DNA of 57,088 nt from a virus. Lineage: Duplodnaviria; Caudoviricetes. The position numbers and the translations under genes were made by a program. The stretch's first letter is position 1, and each line of letters begins with the position of its first letter. Location: positions 1 through 57,088 of IMG/VR virus record IMGVR_UViG_3300037261_000179; one strand, given 5' to 3'. Below the pieces are notes generated by a model that saw nothing but the letters and a program-made list of their open reading frames with translations, was not told where the DNA came from and ran no database searches. Positions 8,887 to 17,712 of the stretch are shown piece by piece.

Positions 8887-9366
8887 ATGGCCAAAATCGA
8901 AATCAACCAAGTCGCCGAAATCATCAAGCGGCACAAGATCGAACCCTCCGTTCTGCGTGAAATCGTAGAGGAAATGAACGCTGCAACGCAGCCGGCGGAA
9001 GGGGAGGATGTGGCCCCGCCTGCTCAAAAAAAGCAGTACGTAGTGCTCTTCTCCGATCCCGAGGGCAAGCTTGGTTCGCTGGCAGATTCGCTCGTTGCAT
9101 GGGTGCTGCAGTGCCCCGAGGAAGCTAGCCCGCATTCCGTCGTGGATCGTATCCACAAAGCCTCCTACGACTTCAACGCCTCGAAACGGGGCCGCATGCT
9201 GCCGGTTAAGTCCGTGGGCGAGGCGCTGGAAAGCGTCGGCACCAAGTTTTTCAAGGAGTCCGAAATCTGGGTGAAGACCAAGCTGCCCGTGTTCGTGATG
9301 CTCACCGACAACACTCTGCCGAAAGATGAATTTCACCACATCGACAAGCGGAGGGCTGCGGAATGA
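8887..9366 (+). CDS. Hypothetical protein
   Basis: 159-aa ORF with strong codon bias. Confidence 0.8.
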   Translation: MAKIEINQVAEIIKRHKIEPSVLREIVEEMNAATQPAEGEDVAPPAQKKQYVVLFSDPEGKLGSLADSLVAWVLQCPEEASPHSVVDRIHKASYDFNASKRGRMLPVKSVGEALESVGTKFFKESEIWVKTKLPVFVMLTDNTLPKDEFHHIDKRRAAE

Positions 9367-9584
9367 GCTGCCCGTTCTGCAACGACGAGCGCCTGCCGGA
9401 AGTCATTGAGGTTTGCCCCGAGACTTCGACAGAGAAACCTGTCTTTCAGTGCGCCTGCCTGTGCTGCGGTGCCCAAGGGCCATGCTCCTCTGCCAAAGAC
9501 GACGCCCGGCTGTTGTGGGACTTCCGGAGTACCGCATCCTCTTCCGCGTGGCGGGAAGCTTTTCGCAAAGAAACCGGAGGTTAA
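9363..9584 (+). CDS. Lar-like (restriction alleviation) zinc-ribbon protein
   Basis: CPFC...CLCCGAQGP...A...W pattern. Confidence 0.7.
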   Translation: MSCPFCNDERLPEVIEVCPETSTEKPVFQCACLCCGAQGPCSSAKDDARLLWDFRSTASSSAWREAFRKETGG

Positions 9585-9587
9585 TCT

Positions 9588-9842
9588 ATGAGCGAAAAAC
9601 TGACACCCCTCTACGTTCCCATGGAAGCTTCCGAAATCTCCCCGGACTGGATCGGTTCCATGCGGGCCATGGTTGAAAACCAAGGCATAGAGCTTCGGGG
9701 CGACGGCCTGGGCATCTTGGCGCTGGACCGGAACGGGCGCAAGGAATGGTGCAAAATCCACCTGCCCGGCGGCGGATTTGACTTCGTGTCGGTAAAGGAC
9801 CGTGACGAGGTGTTGGAAAAACTGGGGTGGAGAACGCCATGA
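9588..9842 (+). CDS. Hypothetical protein
   Basis: Packed ORF with GGAGG upstream. Confidence 0.7.
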   Translation: MSEKLTPLYVPMEASEISPDWIGSMRAMVENQGIELRGDGLGILALDRNGRKEWCKIHLPGGGFDFVSVKDRDEVLEKLGWRTP

Positions 9843-10147
9843 ATCTTTTCCGCCGCCCTGCCGAGTGTTCCAAGCCGGTGCCGCAGCTGCTGCAGGCCCC
9901 GCCCAAGCCTGCGTCCACCGCAGTCCTGAACGCCGGACAGGTGGCGTTGTTGCACCCGGCCGTCAACGCCCTGATCCATGCACCGATCTCACTCCAGACC
10001 ACGGCGCAGCTGTACGACACCCTCCGCAACAGCGTAATCACTCCGCCGGCCCCGTGGCCCCAGCAACTCTATCGGTTTGACCATTTGGTTTCGCTCCCTA
10101 CAAAGGAGAACGAAGTCTCCGTCCTGTTCGTCTTCTATTCCCTATGA
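9839..10147 (+). CDS. Hypothetical protein
   Basis: ATGA overlaps at both ends. Confidence 0.6.
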   Translation: MNLFRRPAECSKPVPQLLQAPPKPASTAVLNAGQVALLHPAVNALIHAPISLQTTAQLYDTLRNSVITPPAPWPQQLYRFDHLVSLPTKENEVSVLFVFYSL

Positions 10148-10518
10148 GCACCCTCCCCAAATTCCGTTTCATCCTCCAAACCGTCCACAGTGACAACCGG
10201 ATTTCCGAGGTCGTGCTGGCCAAGACTGACAGCCGCGACCGCTCGGCCATGATCCGGCGCAAGCTCGAGCACGCCTCCGGCCTGACCCGGCAGAACAAAA
10301 AGGTGCGTGTCTGGGAAGTGAGCCTTGACCGCTTCCGGGTGTTCGTTGCCGCCCCCAAGCTGCCGCCGGTCCCCGGCGCGCTGCTGCCCTCAATCGACGC
10401 CCTGGCGGACGCCCTGGACGCCAACCCCAACACCCTGCGGGCCGCCATCTGCAAGGGCAAGGGGGCCAGCAACGGGCGCGTGACCGTGCGTGGGGTGACC
10501 TATGCCTACGCCAAATAA
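10144..10518 (+). CDS. Basic, putative DNA-binding protein (C-terminal HTH-like)
   Basis: SIDALADALDANPNTLRAAICKG resembles a NUMOD1/HTH-type motif. Confidence 0.55.
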   Translation: MSTLPKFRFILQTVHSDNRISEVVLAKTDSRDRSAMIRRKLEHASGLTRQNKKVRVWEVSLDRFRVFVAAPKLPPVPGALLPSIDALADALDANPNTLRAAICKGKGASNGRVTVRGVTYAYAK

Positions 10519-10705
10519 GCGGGGCAGACCGAAGGTTTACCGCCAGCGTGTCGCTGTCACGTTCAGCAAGGCGGAGCTGGAGCGTATCGACACCCTCCGC
10601 AAGGCCAAGCCCCGCGGGGTCTACCTCGGGGCGTTGGTGATGACCCAGCCGCTCGATCCGTTTACGAAGTTTCGGCAATTGCAGAGAGCGGACAAACGCC
10701 CGTGA
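10502..10705 (+). CDS. Small DNA-binding protein (AT-hook-like plus ribbon-helix-helix-like)
   Basis: KRGRPK followed by RVAVTFSKAELERIDTLR. Confidence 0.6.
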   Translation: MPTPNKRGRPKVYRQRVAVTFSKAELERIDTLRKAKPRGVYLGALVMTQPLDPFTKFRQLQRADKRP

Positions 10706-12084
10706 GCCTCACCTTACGCGACTACCAGCAGCCGCACTTCACGCGCCTGCTCTGCAGCCTGCTCACCAACGGGTACGCGCATGACGGGGCCGAAACTGGC
10801 ACGGGGAAAACGTTTACAGGCGCAGCCTTGGTGAAAATTCTCGGCGGGGAGACCCTGATCGTCGCCCCGTTATCCGTTCTACCCGCATGGCAGGAAGCTT
10901 TGGAAGGCTTTGGAGCGACCAACTACACACTGATGAATTACGAAAAGGTCTGGCGCCGTCTCGGGGAAGTAAAGCCGTGGGGCGCAGGATCGTTTTTCAG
11001 GTACCACAAGAAATGGGACAATGTTGTATTCGACGAAGCACACCGCGGGGGCAGTGAAACGTCCTTAAACTCCAAAATGATCATCGCGGCCAAGCGCCAA
11101 GGCGCGCGCATCCTCAGTCTTTCCGCCACAGTCGCGGAGAATCCCATGCAGTTAAAAGCGTGGGGCTTTGTCTGGGGGCTGCACGATCTGAAGAACTGGA
11201 CGGAGTTTTTGCTGAAATGCCAGTGCAAGCCGGGGACGTTCGGGGGCTGGACTTTTTCCAGCAAGGCCCACCCGATGATATTAATTGGGCTGCACGAGGA
11301 GATTTACGGCAAAGGCAAGGGCAGCCGGATGATCAAAAAGGAAATCCCCGGATTTCCCAAGACGCAGCTCGAGGTCCGGATGCTGGGGTGCCCCGACAAG
11401 CAACTCACCAAACTGGGGGCAGAGCTGCTGGCCTACTACAACGAGCGCACGGTAAAGGCCCACAAGATCGCCGCCTCCGTCAAGAAAGCCAAGGAGGATG
11501 CCGCGCGCAAAGGCGTGGAAGTGGACCCGAAAGCCGCAAACATGGATCTGGCCCGGGTCATGCTGATCCGCCAGGCGCTGGAGACGGCCAAGGTGCCGCT
11601 GATCGGTGAAATGATCGAGGATGCCTTGGAGACTTCGAAAGTGGCGGTCTTTTGTAATTTCAACCGGACGATAGACGAACTTTTGAAACTGGCTGAGAAG
11701 CGCGGCTGGAAATACGGGGTGATCAGAGGAGACCAAACCAAAGGAACCGGGAGCGAACGTGAGACGGTGATCAAGGATTTTCAGGCCAACAGGTTGGACT
11801 GTGTTTTCTGCAACATAATGGCGGGAGGGGTGGCTGTGTCCCTGCATGACCCGGTAACCCAGTACCCGCGCACATCCCTGATCTGCCCGACATTTTCAGG
11901 CACGGACTTGAAACAGGTGCTGGGCCGGGTGCAAAGGGCGGAGGGCGGGTTCAGCCAGCAGCTGCTGATATATTTCGACGACTCCTTTGAGGGCCACATC
12001 GCCCGCACCGTGAAACAAAAGCTCAATGCCATCGACCTGATCAACGACGGGGACCTGCAGGGCGTGTTCAAAGAGGCCGCCTAG
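10702..12084 (+). CDS. Superfamily 2 DNA helicase
   Basis: LRDYQ Q-motif, ETGTGKT Walker A, DEAH, SAT, QVLGRVQR motif VI. Confidence 0.93.
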   Translation: MSLTLRDYQQPHFTRLLCSLLTNGYAHDGAETGTGKTFTGAALVKILGGETLIVAPLSVLPAWQEALEGFGATNYTLMNYEKVWRRLGEVKPWGAGSFFRYHKKWDNVVFDEAHRGGSETSLNSKMIIAAKRQGARILSLSATVAENPMQLKAWGFVWGLHDLKNWTEFLLKCQCKPGTFGGWTFSSKAHPMILIGLHEEIYGKGKGSRMIKKEIPGFPKTQLEVRMLGCPDKQLTKLGAELLAYYNERTVKAHKIAASVKKAKEDAARKGVEVDPKAANMDLARVMLIRQALETAKVPLIGEMIEDALETSKVAVFCNFNRTIDELLKLAEKRGWKYGVIRGDQTKGTGSERETVIKDFQANRLDCVFCNIMAGGVAVSLHDPVTQYPRTSLICPTFSGTDLKQVLGRVQRAEGGFSQQLLIYFDDSFEGHIARTVKQKLNAIDLINDGDLQGVFKEAA

Positions 12085-12094
12085 GAATTTATTT

Positions 12095-12140
12095 TCAGAA
12101 ACCGGCTTGACTTTCCCAAAACGCCGCGCAACCTTTCTGC
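12095..12140 (+). promoter_or_regulatory. Candidate promoter for the nuclease/SSB genes
   Basis: AT-rich intergenic segment with TTGACT at about 12107; the -10 match is weak. Confidence 0.4.
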
Positions 12141-12157
12141 TTAGCAACACTTAATTT

Positions 12158-13522
12158 ATGAGTAATACTGCCCCGTCCGTTCCCGCCAATTCCGCCCTCG
12201 GCTCCGACGGGCGTGTACACCACAACTTCGGTTTCTCGTTTGCCGCCGTCCTGGCCAAGTGCCCCGCCGCGCGCCGTCGCGTCAAGGCCGCCAAGAACCT
12301 CGCGCAAGCCGGGGAGCGCGGCACCGAGCTGCACGGTGTCTTGGAAAAGCTGGCCCTTGACTGGGCGGTAAATTACCAGGTGGGGAAGCCCCTGACGCTT
12401 TTGGAAACTTTCGAGCGCAACACGGGCGCAGGTTCCTACAAGGGAACCCCGGCGGCCGACATGCGCTCCCTGGAAAAGGTGGTCACAGAAATCAACCCTT
12501 TCTTCAATCCCGAGCCCGGCATGCTGCTGGGAACTGAGGAAATGATCGAGTTGCACGACGCCGACGGCGAGGTCCTGTCGTCCGGCTGGTACGACCTGTT
12601 TCTGAAGCTCGGAAAAACCGTCCTGGTCATCGACCATAAGTTTGTCCGCAAGGAGGTGGACGACGCGGAGGAAAACCGGCAGGGGCACTGTCTCGCCGTC
12701 TCCGTCTGGCAGGGCTATCAGGACGTGGAGGACGTGATTGTTCTCTTCACCATGCCCGAATGCGGGTCCTCGATGCACACATTTTCCCGCACGCTGGACG
12801 AACAGCGCCTGACTGCGGAGCTGACGGAAATTTTCACCAAGGCCGAACGCCCCTTCAAGACCCTCCACGCCGGGGACCACTGCGTCCTCTGCCAGTTCTG
12901 TGGAGACTGTGAAGCCCACACCTCCGCCCTGCAGACAGCAGTGACGGTTATCAACCCCATGGCGGTGCCTTCTAACTTTGCGCCGCACCTGATCCGCACC
13001 CCCGAGGACATGGCGGTCTTGCGCTACTGGGCGGACACGCTTTCCCCGATCATCGACGCCATCAAGGAAGCCTCAACGGAGTTTGCCAAACGCGGGCAGG
13101 GGATCAACTGCACGGTCAACGGCCAGTACGTCGAATATGCCGTCCAGAGCCGCAGTCTCTCCCGCAAGATCACCTGCACGCCTTTGGAATTGTATGAGTT
13201 CGTGAAGGACTGGATGCCGTACGAGGCTTTTCTGATGGCCTGCAAATGCAGCATCACAAACTTGGAGGACGTGGTCGTTCAGCTCATGACCGACCGGATT
13301 CTGGCGGAGGGAGGAAAGCCCAACGCCACCAACATCGCCGCCGCCTTCGCCGCCCAGCTGACCGAAAAAGGATTGCTGGAACGCGAGGAAGGGCGCACCT
13401 ACTTCCTGAAACGCGTCAAAGCCTCGTCCAAGGAAGCCAAGAAAAAGAAACTGATAAACGTCACGCCCGGAATTGAAGACGGGCTGGAAGCCCCGATCGA
13501 CGGCCAGGACCAAGCTGTTTGA
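12158..13522 (+). CDS. Cas4-like PD-(D/E)XK exonuclease (DUF2800-like)
   Basis: N-terminal KCP, GTELH, GWYD...IDHK nuclease core, Q motif, C-terminal CxxC....C; lies between the helicase and the SSB-like gene. Confidence 0.8.
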   Translation: MSNTAPSVPANSALGSDGRVHHNFGFSFAAVLAKCPAARRRVKAAKNLAQAGERGTELHGVLEKLALDWAVNYQVGKPLTLLETFERNTGAGSYKGTPAADMRSLEKVVTEINPFFNPEPGMLLGTEEMIELHDADGEVLSSGWYDLFLKLGKTVLVIDHKFVRKEVDDAEENRQGHCLAVSVWQGYQDVEDVIVLFTMPECGSSMHTFSRTLDEQRLTAELTEIFTKAERPFKTLHAGDHCVLCQFCGDCEAHTSALQTAVTVINPMAVPSNFAPHLIRTPEDMAVLRYWADTLSPIIDAIKEASTEFAKRGQGINCTVNGQYVEYAVQSRSLSRKITCTPLELYEFVKDWMPYEAFLMACKCSITNLEDVVVQLMTDRILAEGGKPNATNIAAAFAAQLTEKGLLEREEGRTYFLKRVKASSKEAKKKKLINVTPGIEDGLEAPIDGQDQAV

Positions 13523-13556
13523 ATTTCTCGTCCGATAACAATAAACCTCAAATCCC

Positions 13557-14954
13557 ATGCCCAAAGAAGTCATGCGCTCCGGCGCCCCGCCCACGACGAC
13601 AGCCGCTCCGGATGCCGCCCCGAAACCCGTCACCACTCCTGTTCCCGAGCCGTCATGGCGCGCGGCCATGCGTGCCGACCTCGACAAGATGAAACTCGAT
13701 CCCAAGCTGATCGAAGCGGCCCTGACTGCAGAAGACAACCGGCGTGCCAAACTGCAGCCCGGCGCTGCCACTGTGGCCAAGTCACAGGCTGCCGCAGCCC
13801 CTGCAGCGGCAAAGCCCGTCACCCCGGCGGCACAACCGGCAGCCAAGACTGCTGCGGCCCCCGCTGCCCCAACCCAAGCGGAGATCGACGCCAAGGAGTT
13901 TGCCGAGTTCCAGGCGGCCAAGGCGCTGAAAGCCAAAAAGGCGGCTGAAAAGGCTGCCAAAGAAGCCGCCGACAAAGCAGCTGCAGACGCTGCGGCCCTT
14001 GCTGCCGCCACGCCCGAGCCTGCTCCAGCCGACGTTCCCGACGAGGAAGCTTCCACCGAAGTCCCGGCCGGCGCGGACACGTCCTTCCTTCCGCCGGAAG
14101 AGGACGCTCCTGCTGCCGCTCCGGAACCTGCGCCTGCCCGTCAGCTGCCCGCCACTCAGCACGAGGGCAGTGACGAGGACGCCGGCCCGGGGGCCATGGT
14201 GGTTCGCAACCACTGGACTGACATGTCGGAAGGGGCCATCACTGGCCCGATCGACCGCTCGGACTTCAAGACCCCTCAGATCAAGATCGTGCAGGGCTCG
14301 GGCCCGCTGTCGGAAAAATTCAACCAAGGCACGCTGATCCTGCAGGACATCGCCATCTTCGGACCTCCCGATCCGGACAAGCCCGGTCCTCCCATCAACT
14401 TCGTGCCCGTCGCCGTGCAGAAGTATTTCCGCGAGGATCTGAAACGGGACCCGGTGACCAACCAGCCCCCGAAGGACGCAGCGGGCAACCCGATGCAGCC
14501 CCGCAATGCCAACACCCCGGAGGAAGTCATGCAGCTGGGCGGAAATCTGGAGTGGTCCGTCGATGCCGGCGGCAACCGCCTGAAGCCTTCGTGGTCCCCT
14601 GCGGCCCGCTGTCTCCTGGTCGTGGAGATGCCGGAAAAGTTCGAAAATGCGGATCTCTTTCCGATGCTTATGGAACTCGAGGGCAAGGAGCGTCGGTTCG
14701 CGCCGGCCGTCATGTACGTCAACGGAGGCCAGTATCGTGCCTTCGTGAAGCCGATCATGGACGCCACCAGCTTCATTCTGTGCGAAGGCTCCGGGCCTGA
14801 CCGCCGGATCTTGCTGCACAAACGCCTGTGGAAGCTTCAAGTCGTGAAGGAAAAGTCCGGTGACAACATGGTCTTCAACCCGAAGATCACTATGCTGCCG
14901 GAGTTGACCGCCCCCGACCTCCGCGAGTACGCCAAGTCCCTCCGCGGGGCTTGA
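13557..14954 (+). CDS. Putative ssDNA-binding/annealing protein with a long Ala/Pro-rich N-terminus
   Basis: DFKTPQIKIVQGSGP domain; position in the nuclease-SSB-primase-PolA cluster; function inferred from synteny. Confidence 0.55.
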   Translation: MPKEVMRSGAPPTTTAAPDAAPKPVTTPVPEPSWRAAMRADLDKMKLDPKLIEAALTAEDNRRAKLQPGAATVAKSQAAAAPAAAKPVTPAAQPAAKTAAAPAAPTQAEIDAKEFAEFQAAKALKAKKAAEKAAKEAADKAAADAAALAAATPEPAPADVPDEEASTEVPAGADTSFLPPEEDAPAAAPEPAPARQLPATQHEGSDEDAGPGAMVVRNHWTDMSEGAITGPIDRSDFKTPQIKIVQGSGPLSEKFNQGTLILQDIAIFGPPDPDKPGPPINFVPVAVQKYFREDLKRDPVTNQPPKDAAGNPMQPRNANTPEEVMQLGGNLEWSVDAGGNRLKPSWSPAARCLLVVEMPEKFENADLFPMLMELEGKERRFAPAVMYVNGGQYRAFVKPIMDATSFILCEGSGPDRRILLHKRLWKLQVVKEKSGDNMVFNPKITMLPELTAPDLREYAKSLRGA

Positions 14955-14976
14955 TTTTCTGTACCGAATAAACACC

Positions 14977-15009
14977 AGCCCGGAGCGCACGTTGGCCCCG
15001 GGCTTTTTA
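14977..15009 (+). terminator. Intrinsic terminator
   Basis: AGCCCGG...CCGGGCT stem followed by TTTT just after the stop codon. Confidence 0.75.
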
Positions 15010-15013
15010 GCCT

Positions 15014-15475
15014 GTGACGGTCGCACAAAAAAAATACTGGTTTGGCCGCAAGTACCGGCGCTCCCTGTTCAGTACCCCGACAATGAAACGTTACCTCAAT
15101 GGCGAGCATGGCAAGTCCTGCGCAACGCCTGACTGCAAAAACAAAAGGGCGGGGAAGGCCAACTTCTGCTCCACCTGCCGCAGCCGGGCTTACCGGGCGA
15201 AGCATCCGGGCCGAGCCGCCTACTACAATCTAAAGCACCGGGCCAAGGAGCGAAAGATCAAGTTCGAACTTACCCGCTTTGAGTTTTTGGAGTGGTGTCG
15301 GAAGACCGGCTACGACAGACTCAAAGGCCGCCACGCCGAAGGCATGTCGGTGGACCGAATCCGTGAAAACGAAAGCTACAACATAAACAACATCCAGATG
15401 ATGACCCTCAGTGAGAATTCCGTGAAATCGCACAAGTGCGAAATCGAGCCGACTCCTGAAGGAGAAACATTCTAG
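15014..15475 (+). CDS. HNH-type endonuclease-like protein with an N-terminal Cys cluster
   Basis: RAKERKIKFELT...SVDRI...Y...NIQ....EN..K pattern; start may be at the internal ATG. Confidence 0.7.
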   Translation: MTVAQKKYWFGRKYRRSLFSTPTMKRYLNGEHGKSCATPDCKNKRAGKANFCSTCRSRAYRAKHPGRAAYYNLKHRAKERKIKFELTRFEFLEWCRKTGYDRLKGRHAEGMSVDRIRENESYNINNIQMMTLSENSVKSHKCEIEPTPEGETF

Positions 15476-17712
15476 TGATCGTCCTCTCCAACAAGCCGGA
15501 GTTCCCCATCTGGCCCAACCTCGGGGAAAAGACCGCCAAGATAGGCGTTCTGCCGTGGGACTGGGACGTGACGGAAGAGGATGTCACCCGGGTCCGGTCG
15601 ATGAACAAGCCGGACCGCAAAAAGTACATGGAGCGGACTGACGTGTCTTGGAACGTCTACTCCGCGGCTAAGGGAGAAAACTGGTACCACCCCATTTCCA
15701 ATGAAAACCCACCCTTCTCCGTCATGGCGTTCGTGGCCGACTACGATCTGCCTATCGACTTTACTTTCGTGGAAGCCGCCTGCAAACAGACACTCAAGCT
15801 GCACGGTTGGTGCCCTACTCACATCGAGACCAGCCTTTCAAAGCATATTAGGTGCGTGTGGTTGTTTCAGAAGCCTGTACTTTGCACAGGGAAGAAATTC
15901 GCCGACGAATTTCTCAAACGAGTTGGCGCGTTGGTGGGGGCTGACGCATTTCTACCAGGCATTGATCGGAAGTCTTACGACGTGGCGATGCGATGGACGA
16001 ATGGAGGGTATTGGCATGAACTGGATTTCGCCCGCCCCGTACCCGCGGATGTTCTGGTCGGGATCGCAGTCAAAACGCAGGCCGCAATATCGACGAAGAA
16101 GTCGGACATTCCGCTAGAAAAAGCTTCGGAGCTATTACTGGAAAAATATCCCAATTTCGCCAAGTTTGGCGTTCTTAAACAGAATGCCGTGGGCCTCCGG
16201 TTTTGGGACGAAAAAGCCGACAACCCCAACGGAGCCATGTGTGTGGACCGAGGATTTGCCTGCGTGACAGGCGACAAGCCCCTCATGACATGGGAGGAGC
16301 TTTTGGGGAAAAACATCGTGGAGAAGATGCGCCTGACCAACTACGGCGAAGTTTCCCAGGACATGTACTTCGACGGAAAATCCTACTGGGTGAAGAAACG
16401 GGAGCTATTCTACAACTGGGACCGGCAAGACACGCTTCTCCGTATCGCCGCTTTTGGGTACGAGCGCTCACGGCAGAAAGGCGAATCCCAGAGCGCCGCC
16501 GAGCTGATCCTGAGCCATATTCATGAGACCAACCGCATCGACGGTGCGGCGCCGCTGCTCTACCGGCCCGAAGGGGTGGTCGATTACCAGAACAACAGGG
16601 TTCTGAATATCAGCCGGGGCCGGCCTTTGGCCATGGCCGACAAACTGGATTCCAGCCCGGACGACTTCCCTTGGATGTGGTCCTTTTTCAACGTGTTCTT
16701 TGCCCGGCCTGACTTGCGGCCCCTTGACCATTTCCTGATCTGGTGGCGCCGGTTTTATGAGAGTGCCATAAAAATGAAACCGACAAACGGTCACGCGGTT
16801 TTTATTTGCGGTCCCAGGGAATGCGGAAAAAACTTGGTGTCGGAGCTTATTCTGCCCGTGGCCATGGGAGGAATGGCCCCGAATCCATACCGGTACCTGA
16901 TGGGAGAGACGGACTTTTCGGACGACATTTTTGCGTCCCCGATCATGGCCATCAATGACGAGGACGCCCCGCCCGAGCACAAAAAGACCATTTTCGAACA
17001 GAAGATCAAAGCCCTCGTGGCGAACAATGAGCACAGCTACCACCCGAAGTTCATGAAAAAGGTCCGGATCACTTGGGACGGGCGGCTGATCGTGACACTA
17101 AACGACGGGCCAAAGGACGTAGGGCTGCTGCCCATGCTGAATCCTAACACGGTGGACCGGCTTCATTTCTTCCGGGCGCAACGTCACGACCACGAGTTTT
17201 TCGACAAACAGAAGAACAGGGAGATCGTCGAACGGGAGCTGCCGTTCCTCCTCCGTTGGCTTGTGGACACATACAAGGCCCCAACGGATCTGCTATTGAA
17301 TGGGCGCTTCGGAATGAAAAGCTTCCATGATCCTGAACTCGTCAAGACGAACCGGCAGGAGCAGATCAGTTACAACCTGCTGGAGCTGCTGGGGGCTTGG
17401 ATGCAGAATCCGCAGTGGAACGGAGGGGCGGCGACTTGGACCGGAACACCGACGGACCTGCTGCGGGCCCTGAGCGCCGACGAAACGCTGGAAATTTTGC
17501 TCAAGACTTGGGACCCCACGAAGCTGGGCCGTGCGCTGGGCGACTTGGCCAGAGGGCAGACACCAGGCGTCAGCTACGATCCTGCGCACAAGAGCAGACG
17601 GTACGTACTCAGCAAGGCCGAAATTACGGCGACGGTGCAGGGGCTGCCAATGGTACAGAAGGCTGTCACGCAGAATTTGAATCTTCAACCGGCGGGAGTG
17701 GACGACGAATGA
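15475..17712 (+). CDS. Primase-helicase (N-terminal primase-like, C-terminal SF3/DUF5906-like P-loop)
   Basis: FVADYD and H.R.VW primase-like motifs; GPRECGKN Walker A; INDE Walker B; TLN sensor. Confidence 0.85.
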   Translation: MIVLSNKPEFPIWPNLGEKTAKIGVLPWDWDVTEEDVTRVRSMNKPDRKKYMERTDVSWNVYSAAKGENWYHPISNENPPFSVMAFVADYDLPIDFTFVEAACKQTLKLHGWCPTHIETSLSKHIRCVWLFQKPVLCTGKKFADEFLKRVGALVGADAFLPGIDRKSYDVAMRWTNGGYWHELDFARPVPADVLVGIAVKTQAAISTKKSDIPLEKASELLLEKYPNFAKFGVLKQNAVGLRFWDEKADNPNGAMCVDRGFACVTGDKPLMTWEELLGKNIVEKMRLTNYGEVSQDMYFDGKSYWVKKRELFYNWDRQDTLLRIAAFGYERSRQKGESQSAAELILSHIHETNRIDGAAPLLYRPEGVVDYQNNRVLNISRGRPLAMADKLDSSPDDFPWMWSFFNVFFARPDLRPLDHFLIWWRRFYESAIKMKPTNGHAVFICGPRECGKNLVSELILPVAMGGMAPNPYRYLMGETDFSDDIFASPIMAINDEDAPPEHKKTIFEQKIKALVANNEHSYHPKFMKKVRITWDGRLIVTLNDGPKDVGLLPMLNPNTVDRLHFFRAQRHDHEFFDKQKNREIVERELPFLLRWLVDTYKAPTDLLLNGRFGMKSFHDPELVKTNRQEQISYNLLELLGAWMQNPQWNGGAATWTGTPTDLLRALSADETLEILLKTWDPTKLGRALGDLARGQTPGVSYDPAHKSRRYVLSKAEITATVQGLPMVQKAVTQNLNLQPAGVDDE

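Noticed and set aside
12158-13522. Cas4 as evidence of a CRISPR-Cas system
   Set aside because: No array or other cas genes; stand-alone Cas4-like nucleases are ordinary in phage replication modules
13073-15026. Long antisense ORFs 13073..14080 and 13782..15026
   Set aside because: They mirror a GC3-biased sense gene and show no protein motifs
17397-17708. N-terminal extension of PolA or a primase-polymerase frameshift fusion
   Set aside because: The extension lies within the primase gene and looks non-coding; an ATGA overlap at 17709 explains the junction and I saw no slippery site
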